Positions 38,156-47,857 of a DNA stretch of 57,424 bases are shown in pieces; the first letter of the stretch is position 1; the number at the start of each line of letters is the position of its first letter. The notes beneath the pieces were generated by a model, which did not search any database, was not told where the DNA came from, and saw only the letters and a list, made by a program, of their open reading frames with translations. The position numbers were made by a program, and so were the translations under genes. Source of the DNA: an uncultured Bacilli bacterium (GTDB lineage Bacteria > Bacillota_I > Bacilli_A > RF39 > UBA660). Location: the NCBI GenBank assembly GCA_947623735.1, contig CANQHE010000003.1, positions 1 through 57,424 on the forward strand. The letters are read 5' to 3'.

Positions 38156-41100
38156 ATGAATAACGATATAAAAGCAAACTTTACCAATAAAACTAAATTA
38201 GCTGAAATGTCTTTAATAGATATAGCAAAAACCTATGGCTCCGGTCCTTTATTAGAAGAAGAATTCAATAAAAGAAGTACTGAAGAAAAAATTGCCTATT
38301 ATAAAGAGTTTATCACCCTCGGGGATGATAATCGCTCCACTATTAATGATATAGCTAAAAAAATTGGTATAAGTCCTATAGAAGTTATAGATAAACTATA
38401 TTTTTATTCTGAAATAAAAACTTCTGATTTATCTTTATTAGAGGGAACAACCTGGTTAAATTATTTAAATATCATCCAAAAAGTTCCTTTAGATTTTCTA
38501 AAAGAAAAACTATATTTTTTAAGTAATAACAATGAAATAAGTAATTATCATCTAGCTTTAGATTATTTTTTAAATAATGCTCCTTCAAATAAGATAAAAG
38601 AAGTTATCGGCTATCTTCACAGTAATTTTAGAGAAATAATGTATATTTGTTCAAATGAAAAATGTTTAACTTTATTTAATAATGAACCTGATTATTTTCT
38701 AAATACAGTCATGAATTACAACAGTGATTATATTAAAAAATTCTTAGAACAAGTAAAACCTGATAACTTTACCGATTCTATTATATCTTCATTAATAAAT
38801 AGATTACCAGAACTAGACCGTATCGATTTATTATTTAAAAATAATAATTTATATAATATATACAAAAATAATTATCTTCCAACCCTTGACCCATCCATAT
38901 TTAAATCTCAAGTTTTAGCATATTTAAAAACTAAAAGTGATATTAAAAATATTACAGCATCTTTATTATATCAAGACTTATCAAAAGCAAATTTTGATAT
39001 AATGAGTTTAATTAAACAAGATATTCATGGTATTGATATAACTAATATTAAAGAATCTGAGTTAATGAATTTATTAGTTGCTAAAGAATTTCAAGATTAT
39101 CTCATGCATCAAGAAAATATGGCGAATATTTTAAATACCAAAATTAATACTATCCCCAATTTTACGATATTATTTAGAGTATTTGCTGCTAATCCCGAAT
39201 TTTTAAATGCTTTTATTCATAATAAAGGAAGTGTTCCTCTAATAAACAAACTTAACTCGATAAAAGCTAATACGGATTTAGAATTATTAAATAAATATCC
39301 CTCTATTGAAGCATCTTTTGTCAATGCTGAAGACTTTCTTACTTTCTTAAAAACTGAAGATGAAAATATTGTTTTTAAATATATTACCCTAATTAATAAA
39401 TATCATATTCCTAATAAAACTGCTACTCTAATGAATAATAATTTTGCTATCTTAAGTTCTCTTGATGAAAGCTTATCTTATGGGAATACTTCTCTAAATC
39501 CTCTTATGTTACATTCTGATTTTATAAATAAAATAACCCCGCGATATTTAGTGGGTATCTTACAATTTAATACGGACGCAAGTAAAATTGTTGTAAAATT
39601 ATATGAAGAAGGAAAACTTGATAACCTAGTAAAATATTTAGATTTTCTAACCAATAATATATCTAATAATAATCGTATGTTACATACTTATATTTTAAAC
39701 TATGACAAGTGTCAAAACTTAGTATCTGATATTATAAATAATAATATTAAATTAGAAACTCATGATTTAGAATTATTAAAAGAAATATTTTTTAATAAAA
39801 ATTTATATAATATCCAAAGTTATCAAGACTTAAAAAACTATTTTAATATCAAAGCTAAAACAATTCTTACTAAAGAAGAATTAAATGATAGAGATATTCT
39901 TGAATTATTTTTAAATATTAGTTCTTTAAATGGTTATCCTTTAAGTTTTAATGGTACCATCTCCCCACCAAGTAAACTCCATTTAGAATACTTAAAATAT
40001 AAATATGTTTCCACTGGTATTATATCTTTAGCTGAATATGAATACTTAGAAAAAATATTTGATATATTAAACAAAGATATAACCGCTAGTTATGATAAAG
40101 CTAAAATAATGGAATTAGTAAACGAAACAATTAATCAAAGTCCTCCAACTATCAGAAGTTTATCAGAAAAAATTAGAAGCGCAAAACAAAAACAAATGAA
40201 TGAGGAATTATTAGACTTAGAATCATTAAGGAAAATAGCCTCTAGAACTGACCCCAATGCTTCAGTTTATTATGAAGTGATTGATGGTCAAGAATATTTT
40301 CACTTAAATGGTTATAATTATTGTTTCTTAAGTCATGGTATTAATCCCGTTCCTTTTGATTCTAAAAAATCAACCGCCACTTATAGTGATTCTTCCGCGA
40401 ATGCTGAAGCTTTTCAAAACTATATCACTTTTTCTGAAAAATTAAAAGCTAAATATGGCTATAATTATAGTGACGTAAACGTTGGTAAATCACTTATTGA
40501 AGACCCCGAAAATTGGAATTTATATCAGGCTGTATCGACCATCTCCACTGGCATTAATTCACCTCTTGCTGGATATTATGCTGGTTATATATATTCCACT
40601 TTACCAGTATATTCCTGGGGTAAAAATAGCAACATGGCTTTTTGTGGTACCGACAGGGGAGATGCCGGAGTTTCTCATACTTTGCGAAATGTAACTCCTG
40701 GTGGTAATGCTAATTTATCGGTTGCGCCTTTTTATGGCCAAAATCGAGGTGAAGTATGGTTTGACCGTTTTAATGAAGATAATACTCGCGTTACTCCCGA
40801 ATTTATTGCCACGAATATAAATAGCAGCCAAGCAGTTAGTCAAGAAACAACTCGTGCCGCTGAGTATTTTAAATGTCCTATAGTTGTTGTTCATCAAGAT
40901 AAATACTTAGGAAAAGAAAAACTTGCTGAAAAAATGGATTTAGAAGAACGTAAAGCTTTTGGAGAAACTCTAGATACCGAAAAAGTGAAACATATAATAT
41001 TAAATTTTACTAATGATGATGACCATGAAAAATTAAACTTTTTCTTAATGATTCTTAAAGAAGCCTGTCAAAAAGGTCGAATAAATCAAGAAGAATATTT

Positions 41101-41314
41101 AAGTAAATTAGTCGCTTTAAAATGGCAATTCTATGAATGTGGCTTAGATAATATTGCTCTCGAACTAGATACCATGTTAACAAAAGCAACAAGTACTCTA
41201 GATTTAGAAGAAAGTTCTCCTAAATTAGGTAAAATTAATTTATTGTTTTTATTCTTAATCCTTATTTTTACTATCGGTATCGGAATATTACTTGCAATAT
41301 TTCTAAGTAAATAA
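38156..41314 (+). CDS. Orphan large tail-anchored protein (helical-repeat N-terminal 650 aa, distinct domain of about 300 aa, C-terminal TM)
   Basis: 1052 aa with the SD AGGAGAG and the C-terminal helix INLLFLFLILIFTIGIGILLAIFL. I recognised no motifs. Confidence 0.6.
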   Translation: MNNDIKANFTNKTKLAEMSLIDIAKTYGSGPLLEEEFNKRSTEEKIAYYKEFITLGDDNRSTINDIAKKIGISPIEVIDKLYFYSEIKTSDLSLLEGTTWLNYLNIIQKVPLDFLKEKLYFLSNNNEISNYHLALDYFLNNAPSNKIKEVIGYLHSNFREIMYICSNEKCLTLFNNEPDYFLNTVMNYNSDYIKKFLEQVKPDNFTDSIISSLINRLPELDRIDLLFKNNNLYNIYKNNYLPTLDPSIFKSQVLAYLKTKSDIKNITASLLYQDLSKANFDIMSLIKQDIHGIDITNIKESELMNLLVAKEFQDYLMHQENMANILNTKINTIPNFTILFRVFAANPEFLNAFIHNKGSVPLINKLNSIKANTDLELLNKYPSIEASFVNAEDFLTFLKTEDENIVFKYITLINKYHIPNKTATLMNNNFAILSSLDESLSYGNTSLNPLMLHSDFINKITPRYLVGILQFNTDASKIVVKLYEEGKLDNLVKYLDFLTNNISNNNRMLHTYILNYDKCQNLVSDIINNNIKLETHDLELLKEIFFNKNLYNIQSYQDLKNYFNIKAKTILTKEELNDRDILELFLNISSLNGYPLSFNGTISPPSKLHLEYLKYKYVSTGIISLAEYEYLEKIFDILNKDITASYDKAKIMELVNETINQSPPTIRSLSEKIRSAKQKQMNEELLDLESLRKIASRTDPNASVYYEVIDGQEYFHLNGYNYCFLSHGINPVPFDSKKSTATYSDSSANAEAFQNYITFSEKLKAKYGYNYSDVNVGKSLIEDPENWNLYQAVSTISTGINSPLAGYYAGYIYSTLPVYSWGKNSNMAFCGTDRGDAGVSHTLRNVTPGGNANLSVAPFYGQNRGEVWFDRFNEDNTRVTPEFIATNINSSQAVSQETTRAAEYFKCPIVVVHQDKYLGKEKLAEKMDLEERKAFGETLDTEKVKHIILNFTNDDDHEKLNFFLMILKEACQKGRINQEEYLSKLVALKWQFYECGLDNIALELDTMLTKATSTLDLEESSPKLGKINLLFLFLILIFTIGIGILLAIFLSK

Positions 41315-41327
41315 TCCCAAAATTTAT

Positions 41328-41350
41328 AAGAGCATGCAAGCTCTTTTTTC
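41328..41350 (+). terminator. Rho-independent terminator
   Basis: AAGAGC-ATGCAA-GCTCTT followed by a T-run. Confidence 0.65.
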
Positions 41351-41366
41351 TTTTGAAAAAAAACCA

Positions 41367-41422
41367 TTGACAATCTAAGCATCCTTTCATATAATATAAA
41401 TATATGAACAGATATTCATATA
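41367..41422 (+). promoter_or_regulatory. cad promoter (TTGACA-17-TATAAT) with an 8-6-8 inverted-repeat operator
   Basis: TTGACA is at 41367-41372 and TATAAT at 41390-41395. The inverted repeat TATATGAA-CAGATA-TTCATATA at 41401-41422 lies at the predicted transcription start. Confidence 0.55.
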
Positions 41423-41438
41423 AGAAAGAAGGAAAAAT

Positions 41439-41795
41439 ATGTCTAGTTGTAATTGTGATACTTGCACTTGTATTAATGCTCCTCTAGCGAAAAGTGTTAA
41501 AAAGAAAATGCTTGATGATGATATCCTATTTGATATTGCCGAATGTTTTAAAATTCTGGGTGATAGTACCCGTATCAAAATAATTTATGCCTTAAAATTA
41601 AGTGAATTATGTGTTAATGATCTTTCTTTTATAACGAATAGTACTCCCTCCGCGATATCACATCAACTTCGTATATTAAAGCAAGCGAAACTTGTCAAAA
41701 CTAGAAAAACTGGCAAAATTGTTTATTATAGCCTAAAAGATAATCATGTAATTAAATTATTTGAGATAGGACGTGTTCACATTGAAGAATTATAA
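41439..41795 (+). CDS. cadC: ArsR/SmtB-family metalloregulator (CadC-like)
   Basis: 118 aa with an N-terminal Cys cluster (SSCNCDTCTC), the ELCVNDL helix and the HQLRILK recognition helix. It is followed by an overlapping P1B-ATPase gene. Confidence 0.85.
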   Translation: MSSCNCDTCTCINAPLAKSVKKKMLDDDILFDIAECFKILGDSTRIKIIYALKLSELCVNDLSFITNSTPSAISHQLRILKQAKLVKTRKTGKIVYYSLKDNHVIKLFEIGRVHIEEL

Positions 41796-43809
41796 ATATT
41801 ATTTAAACCAACTCGATTGTGCTAATTGTGCAAAAAAAATCGAAGATACTCTTAAAGCTAATCCTAGCCTTAAAGATGTTACCGTTAATTTTAATACTCT
41901 TACTCTTAGTTTTAAAACGGATATTCCTAGTCCTTTTAAAGAAGTAAGAGAAATTATTAAAAAAATTGAACCCAACGTAATCGTGCTTGAAAATAAAGAA
42001 ACTGCATCTAAAAAAGATTATGAAATTGTAAGATTATTTTTAGCTCTTATATGTCTAGGTTTAAGTTTAATAATAAAAACTAAACCCTTAAAAGAAATAT
42101 TCTTACTTTTAGCTTATGGCCTTCTTCTCTATAAAACTTTTATTAAAGCTATTACCAAAATAATTAAAAGCCATAACATCGATGAAAATCTCCTTATTAC
42201 TATATCCGCGGTTGGAGCTTATCTTTTAGGGGAACATCATGAAGGCTTAATGGTTGTTTTATTATATGTAATAGGTAAAATTTTAGAGGATAAAGCTGTT
42301 GGTAAAAGCCGGAAAGCCATTACTGATTTATTAGATTTAAAACAAACTTATGCCCATAAAAAATATGGTAAAACTATCACTGATGTTAAGGCGGAAGAAT
42401 TAAAAGTAAATGATGTGGTTATCGTTAAAAAAGGTGAGGCTATCCCCACTGATGGTATGATTATTAAAGGTACGTCTTTATTAGATACCTCGAAACTTAC
42501 AGGCGAATCTTTACTTGAAAAAGTAGAATTTCAATCTAAAGTTTTATCAGGTTCAATTAATATGGGTGATGTAATTGAAATCAAAGTAACTCATGATTAT
42601 TATAATAGTACGGCTTATAAAATATTTGAATTAACCTTAAATGCGACGAATAATAAAGCTAAAACTGAAACCACTGTCTCTAAAATCGCTCAAATATACA
42701 CTCCTTTAGTTTTAATTATCGCGTGTATTATCGCTTTATTTCTTCCATTATTTTTTGAAGTTCCATTTAAAACTAGTCTCTACCGGGCTTTAACCTTCTT
42801 AGTTATTTCTTGTCCTTGTGCTATTGCTATATCTGTTCCTCTAAGTTATTTCGCCGGTATTGGGGCTTCATCTAAAGCTAAAGTTTTAGTTAAAGGTAGT
42901 AATTTTCTAGATGCTCTAACCAAATGTGATACAATTATCTTTGATAAAACCGGCACTCTTACCACAGGTACTTTTAAATTATCTAAAATTAATATTTATA
43001 ATCCTAAATACACCGAAGATAAAATCTTAAATTTAATTATTCTCGGAGAAAGTTTTAGTAATCATCCTATTGGTAAAGTTCTTTTAAGTACTTATAACCG
43101 AGATATTGATTTAAGTAAAGTAAAAGATTTTAAAGAAGAAACTGGCTTAGGTATTAGTTATAAAGTGGGTAAAGATAATATCAAAGTTGGCTCCGCAAGA
43201 TATGTTAATACAAAAGAAAAAGCAAATGTTTTTCTAAGTGTTAATGATGAATTAGTAGGGGGCTTACTATTTGATTATAATATTAAAGATAATGCTAAAA
43301 AAGTTATTAAAAAATTAAAAGAATATAACCTAAATCCTATTATGCTTACCGGCGATAATGCTTCTTTTGCCAAAATGATTGCAAATACTCTTGGCATAAA
43401 AGAATATAAATATGGCCTACTTCCTGATGAAAAATATCAAGAATTAATACATATTAAAAAAGACCATCATGTAATATTTGTTGGTGATGGTATTAATGAT
43501 ACTCCATCTCTTTTGGGGGCAAATGTTGGCATATCAATGGGGGAAATAGGTTCTAATAGTGCGATTGAATCAAGTGATATCGTCTTAATGAATGATAATC
43601 TTGAAGGCATTCTAAATGTTTTAAACATCGCTTATAAAACTAAAAAAATTATTCTTATGAACTTAATATTTGCCATAACTGTTAAACTATCTATTTTATT
43701 ACTTGCAACCCTCGGCCTAACCACGATGGCTATGGCTGTCTTTGCTGATACTGGTGTTACCTTACTTACTATTATTAATACTCTTCGTATTTTAAATGTT
43801 AAAAATTAA
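41773..43809 (+). CDS. cadA: Heavy-metal (Cd/Zn/Co-type) translocating P1B-type ATPase
   Basis: 678 aa with an HMA domain (CANC), the CPC motif (SCPCAIAIS), DKTGTLT and GDGINDTPSL. The exact start is uncertain (GTG 41773 or TTG 41782). Confidence 0.9.
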   Translation: MFTLKNYKYYLNQLDCANCAKKIEDTLKANPSLKDVTVNFNTLTLSFKTDIPSPFKEVREIIKKIEPNVIVLENKETASKKDYEIVRLFLALICLGLSLIIKTKPLKEIFLLLAYGLLLYKTFIKAITKIIKSHNIDENLLITISAVGAYLLGEHHEGLMVVLLYVIGKILEDKAVGKSRKAITDLLDLKQTYAHKKYGKTITDVKAEELKVNDVVIVKKGEAIPTDGMIIKGTSLLDTSKLTGESLLEKVEFQSKVLSGSINMGDVIEIKVTHDYYNSTAYKIFELTLNATNNKAKTETTVSKIAQIYTPLVLIIACIIALFLPLFFEVPFKTSLYRALTFLVISCPCAIAISVPLSYFAGIGASSKAKVLVKGSNFLDALTKCDTIIFDKTGTLTTGTFKLSKINIYNPKYTEDKILNLIILGESFSNHPIGKVLLSTYNRDIDLSKVKDFKEETGLGISYKVGKDNIKVGSARYVNTKEKANVFLSVNDELVGGLLFDYNIKDNAKKVIKKLKEYNLNPIMLTGDNASFAKMIANTLGIKEYKYGLLPDEKYQELIHIKKDHHVIFVGDGINDTPSLLGANVGISMGEIGSNSAIESSDIVLMNDNLEGILNVLNIAYKTKKIILMNLIFAITVKLSILLLATLGLTTMAMAVFADTGVTLLTIINTLRILNVKN

Positions 43810-43954
43810 ATTAATAAATTATAATTCTTTTATATTTTTGCCAATTTAGAAATTCTTGATTTTATTAGAAAAATATTTTAAAATATATTTTGTTCTTCCT
43901 TGTTTTTATTAATAATAACATGATATAATTATTATAAAGTAATGGAGGTGTAAT

Positions 43955-44431
43955 ATGGATATCATAGAAAGAAATATTATTAAAAATTCTGAGTATATTA
44001 TAGCTTACTATAAAGAACAAGATAAATCAATTACAAATCTAGAACTTCAAAAATTAGCTTATTTTTTAGAAGCTATATATATGGTTTGCGAAAATAAAAA
44101 TTATTTATATAAAGAAGAATTTTTGGCTTGGAATTTTGGACCTGTTAATTTAGAAATTTATCAAAAATATAAAAGCTTTGGTAGAAATCCAATAGAATTA
44201 GAAGATGATATAGATATTAACCCTAATAATTTACCATATATTAAAATATTATTTAATTTATTTCATGAATTTAGCGCTGCTCAATTAGTTAATTTATCCC
44301 ATTTAAAAGGTTCTCCCTGGTATAATATATCAAAAAAGTATGATGGGAAAATTCCTGAATATGAAATTATAAATAAAAAAGATACTAAAGAATGGTTCAA
44401 TACTTTAGTAATAAAGGAAAATGAACAATAA
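43955..44431 (+). CDS. DUF4065 / Panacea-domain protein (SocA/GepA-like antitoxin, PanA)
   Basis: 158 aa with the family pattern LQKLAYF.EA...........F.AW.FGPV....Y and SH...SPWY. Confidence 0.78.
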   Translation: MDIIERNIIKNSEYIIAYYKEQDKSITNLELQKLAYFLEAIYMVCENKNYLYKEEFLAWNFGPVNLEIYQKYKSFGRNPIELEDDIDINPNNLPYIKILFNLFHEFSAAQLVNLSHLKGSPWYNISKKYDGKIPEYEIINKKDTKEWFNTLVIKENEQ

Positions 44432-45149
44432 TAAAATAAACATAAAATTCAAAAAAAATTACAAAGAAGTTCCGCTAAATAATGAGACAATAAAAAATTA
44501 TAATCAAGACCTAAATAGAATTTTTAATAAACTTAAAAACACCCAAGCTAAAATAAAAAAATGTTCTACTTTAGACGATTTAACTAAACATGATTTATCA
44601 AATTTATCAAATGAATTAAGCTTAGTAATCCAAAACTCAATTATTATCGAAAATATAGACTTAAAAAAACGTATTGAAGAAATAAATCAATCCTATAGAG
44701 ATACCGAATTATTATTTTTCAATAAAAAAATAGAATTATTAAATAATAAAATAATGTCTACTTTTGAAAAAACAGAAGCTAACTTAGAGCATATGACTAG
44801 CAATACCTTATTTGGTATTACTAGTGTATTTTTAGGTATCTCCCTTACCAGTGCTTTAGTAATAGGAGTGCAATACGTAGGGAAGGAATTTTTATTTTTA
44901 TACTTTATGACTTGCCTTTTAATCGCCGTTATCACTATTGGTCTTACTTCAATTTTTTTGCGAAAATTTGATAATAAATCTCAAGTCATATTAGTAATTA
45001 TATTTTTAATTTCTTTTTTATGGTTGATAATCGGTTTTTTTAGTTACAAATTATACATAAATAATATGGATGATAATAATGAAAAAATTAACATCTCTAG
45101 CGAAAAAGAATTATCTTTTGATAATGTATGTGATAAAAAAACAAATTAG
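44421..45149 (+). CDS. Coiled-coil plus 3-TM membrane protein, candidate cognate toxin (PanT) of the upstream Panacea antitoxin
   Basis: 242 aa, overlapping the upstream gene by 11 nt. It has an N-terminal soluble/coiled-coil region of about 125 aa, then three hydrophobic helices. The function is inferred only from context. Confidence 0.5.
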   Translation: MNNNKINIKFKKNYKEVPLNNETIKNYNQDLNRIFNKLKNTQAKIKKCSTLDDLTKHDLSNLSNELSLVIQNSIIIENIDLKKRIEEINQSYRDTELLFFNKKIELLNNKIMSTFEKTEANLEHMTSNTLFGITSVFLGISLTSALVIGVQYVGKEFLFLYFMTCLLIAVITIGLTSIFLRKFDNKSQVILVIIFLISFLWLIIGFFSYKLYINNMDDNNEKINISSEKELSFDNVCDKKTN

Positions 45150-45248
45150 TAATAATATATTGGCTTACATCTAACTTAAAGTTAAAAAAGTGTAAAGAGC
45201 TATTTCTTTGCCACTTTTTTTATGATACAATAATTTAAGGTGAATTAT

Positions 45249-47744
45249 ATGCAAGATATATTAAAAAAAATCGAAGATTATGCCTTAGAAGAAATAATGG
45301 GTCTTAGATTTGGCTCTTATGCTAAAGAAATTATTCAAGACCGGGCTATTCCTGATGTTCGTGATGGCTTAAAACCTGTCCAAAGACGCATTCTTTTTGC
45401 AATGTATAAAGCTGGTAATACTTATGATAAAAAATATATTAAAAGTGCCGCGACCGTTGGTGATGTTTTAGGAAAATACCACCCTCATGGTGATTCATCA
45501 GTTTATGATGCCATGGTTCGTATGTCTCAGTGGTGGAAACAAAATACTATTTTAGTTGACATGAAAGGTAATAATGGTTCCATGGATGGCGACTCCGCGG
45601 CCGCTTATCGTTATACCGAAGCTCGTCTAGCGAAAATTAGTAATGAACTTCTTACCGATTTAGATAAAGATACCGTTAAATTTGCTCCTAATTTTGATGA
45701 TCGATTATTAGAACCAACTGTCTTACCGGCTAAATTTCCTAATCTTTTAGTAAATGGCACGATGGGTATCTCCGCGGGATATGCCACTAATATACCTCCT
45801 CATAATCTTGGTGAAATAATTGATGCGACTATTAAAAGGATAGATTCTCCAAACTGTAAACTAGATACGATATTAGAAATTGTAAAAGGCCCTGACTTTC
45901 CAACCGGTGGTATTGCCTGTGGTATTGATGGCATAAGAGAAGCCTTTAAAACTGGTAAAGGCCGTGTCATTGTAAAATCTAAATATGAAATCGTCAAAGA
46001 AAAAGGCAAGTCTAAAATAGTTATCTCTGAAATTCCTTTTGATGTCAATAAAGCCTTACTTGTAAATAGAATCGATAGTATTAGAATTGATAAAAAAATC
46101 GATGGTATGAGTGAGATTCGCGATGAATCTGACCGTGAAGGCTTAAGAATAGTAATAGATTTAAAAGCCGGTGCTAATCCTGATTTAATCTTAAATTATT
46201 TATTTAAAAATACCGATTTACAAATTTCTTATAACTATAATATGGTTGCCATTGTGAACCGTGTTCCGAAAACTTTAGGTATTTTAGAAATATTAGATGC
46301 TTATATTGCTCATCAAAAAGAAGTTATTATTGCGCGGACCAAATTTGATTTAGCGACTCATGAAAAAAGAATGCACATTGTTGAAGGTTTAATTAAATGT
46401 TTATCTATCTTAGATAAAGTTATTAAAGTAATTCGTTCTAGTAAAAATCGTAGTGATGCGGAAAATAACTTAGTAAAAGAGTTTGCCTTTACTCTTGACC
46501 AAGCCAAAGCCATCGTCTTACTCCAATTATATCGCTTAACTAATACGGATGTTGTCGAACTTGAAGAAGAAATGGAGAAACTAAAAAAATTAATTGAAGG
46601 TCTAAAAGCCATTTTAAGTGATGAAGAAGTCTTAAAATATGTCATGAAAAAAGAATTAAAAATCATCAAAAAAGAATATGCTACGCCTAGAAAAACTAAA
46701 ATCGAAGAAGTAGCTCAAGAAATAAAACTTGACTTAAAAGAGATGATACCTAAAGAAAATGTGGTTGTCGTAACTACTAATGAAGGTTATGTAAAAAGAG
46801 TAAGTGCCAAGAGTTTTGCATCATCTACCGAAGATACCACTCTAAAACCAGGCGATTTTATAACCGGCCTTTATGATTGTACTACTCTTGATACTTTATT
46901 AATATTTACTAACTTTGGTAATTATCTCTATATTCCTGTTTATAAAATACCGGAAACTAAATGGAAAGAATTAGGTAAACACATTAGTAATATTATCATG
47001 TTAAGTAATGAAGAAAAAGTTATTGCCTCATTTATCTATAATAAAAATGATACTTTAGTTTTAGCAACTAAAAATGGTATGGTAAAAAGAACTCTTATGC
47101 AAGATTACGAAGTTCAAAGATGTAGTAAACCTATCGTTGCCATGAAACTAAAAGAAAATGATGAATTAATAAGTGTTACGAAAGATTTAGGAAATTTAGT
47201 ATTTGTCAGTACAAATGGTTATTATTTATTCTATCCATCTAATGAGGTTCCTTTAATTGGGGCGAAAGCAAGTGGGGTAAAAGGCATCAACTTAAAAGAT
47301 GATACTCTAAATTCTTTATTAAGTATTAATGATAAAATAGAATATCTAACTATATTTACAGATAATAAAACCGCGAAAAGAGTTAAAATAAGTGACTTAG
47401 AAACTCACTCTCGGGCTAAAAAGGGTAGTTTAATTCTAAAGAAAACTAAAACAGTTAGTTATAAAATCTTAAATGTTTTAAAAACTAATTCTAAAGATGT
47501 TATCTTAACTAAAGCTGATAGTGAAATAAACTATCTAAAAAATAGTGATATTGCTATCATGGATTTAGCATCTACTGGTTCCAATATTAGTAAATATAAA
47601 TTGGATTTGGCCTCTCTAGTCGCGATAAAAGAAAAAATAACATCAGATGAACCATCAAAAGAAAATAAAGAAGAAATTCCAAAAGAAAAGGAAACCAATA
47701 AAGCTTTATCAATGGCCGATTTCATCGATGACTTTAAAATCTAA
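45249..47744 (+). CDS. parC: DNA topoisomerase IV subunit A (ParC)
   Basis: 831 aa from the ATG at 45249 (SD AAGGTGA). It has AIPDVRDGLKPVQRRIL and the active-site Tyr in AAYRYTEARL. MVRMSQWWK and GISAGYATNIPPHN match ParC rather than GyrA, which has MAQDF and GIAVGMATN. Confidence 0.88.
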   Translation: MQDILKKIEDYALEEIMGLRFGSYAKEIIQDRAIPDVRDGLKPVQRRILFAMYKAGNTYDKKYIKSAATVGDVLGKYHPHGDSSVYDAMVRMSQWWKQNTILVDMKGNNGSMDGDSAAAYRYTEARLAKISNELLTDLDKDTVKFAPNFDDRLLEPTVLPAKFPNLLVNGTMGISAGYATNIPPHNLGEIIDATIKRIDSPNCKLDTILEIVKGPDFPTGGIACGIDGIREAFKTGKGRVIVKSKYEIVKEKGKSKIVISEIPFDVNKALLVNRIDSIRIDKKIDGMSEIRDESDREGLRIVIDLKAGANPDLILNYLFKNTDLQISYNYNMVAIVNRVPKTLGILEILDAYIAHQKEVIIARTKFDLATHEKRMHIVEGLIKCLSILDKVIKVIRSSKNRSDAENNLVKEFAFTLDQAKAIVLLQLYRLTNTDVVELEEEMEKLKKLIEGLKAILSDEEVLKYVMKKELKIIKKEYATPRKTKIEEVAQEIKLDLKEMIPKENVVVVTTNEGYVKRVSAKSFASSTEDTTLKPGDFITGLYDCTTLDTLLIFTNFGNYLYIPVYKIPETKWKELGKHISNIIMLSNEEKVIASFIYNKNDTLVLATKNGMVKRTLMQDYEVQRCSKPIVAMKLKENDELISVTKDLGNLVFVSTNGYYLFYPSNEVPLIGAKASGVKGINLKDDTLNSLLSINDKIEYLTIFTDNKTAKRVKISDLETHSRAKKGSLILKKTKTVSYKILNVLKTNSKDVILTKADSEINYLKNSDIAIMDLASTGSNISKYKLDLASLVAIKEKITSDEPSKENKEEIPKEKETNKALSMADFIDDFKI

Positions 47745-47769
47745 CTACAATTTAAGTTGTAGTTTTTTT
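47743..47769 (+). terminator. Rho-independent terminator of parC
   Basis: AACTACAA-TTTAAG-TTGTAGTT followed by T7. Confidence 0.75.
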
Positions 47770-47857
47770 CTTGTAAACTTTAAAATGAAGTTTTTATCCG
47801 TCAATTTACTTATGACCCCTTACATGATATAATATATAAATAAAGTAGGTGGTAAAA

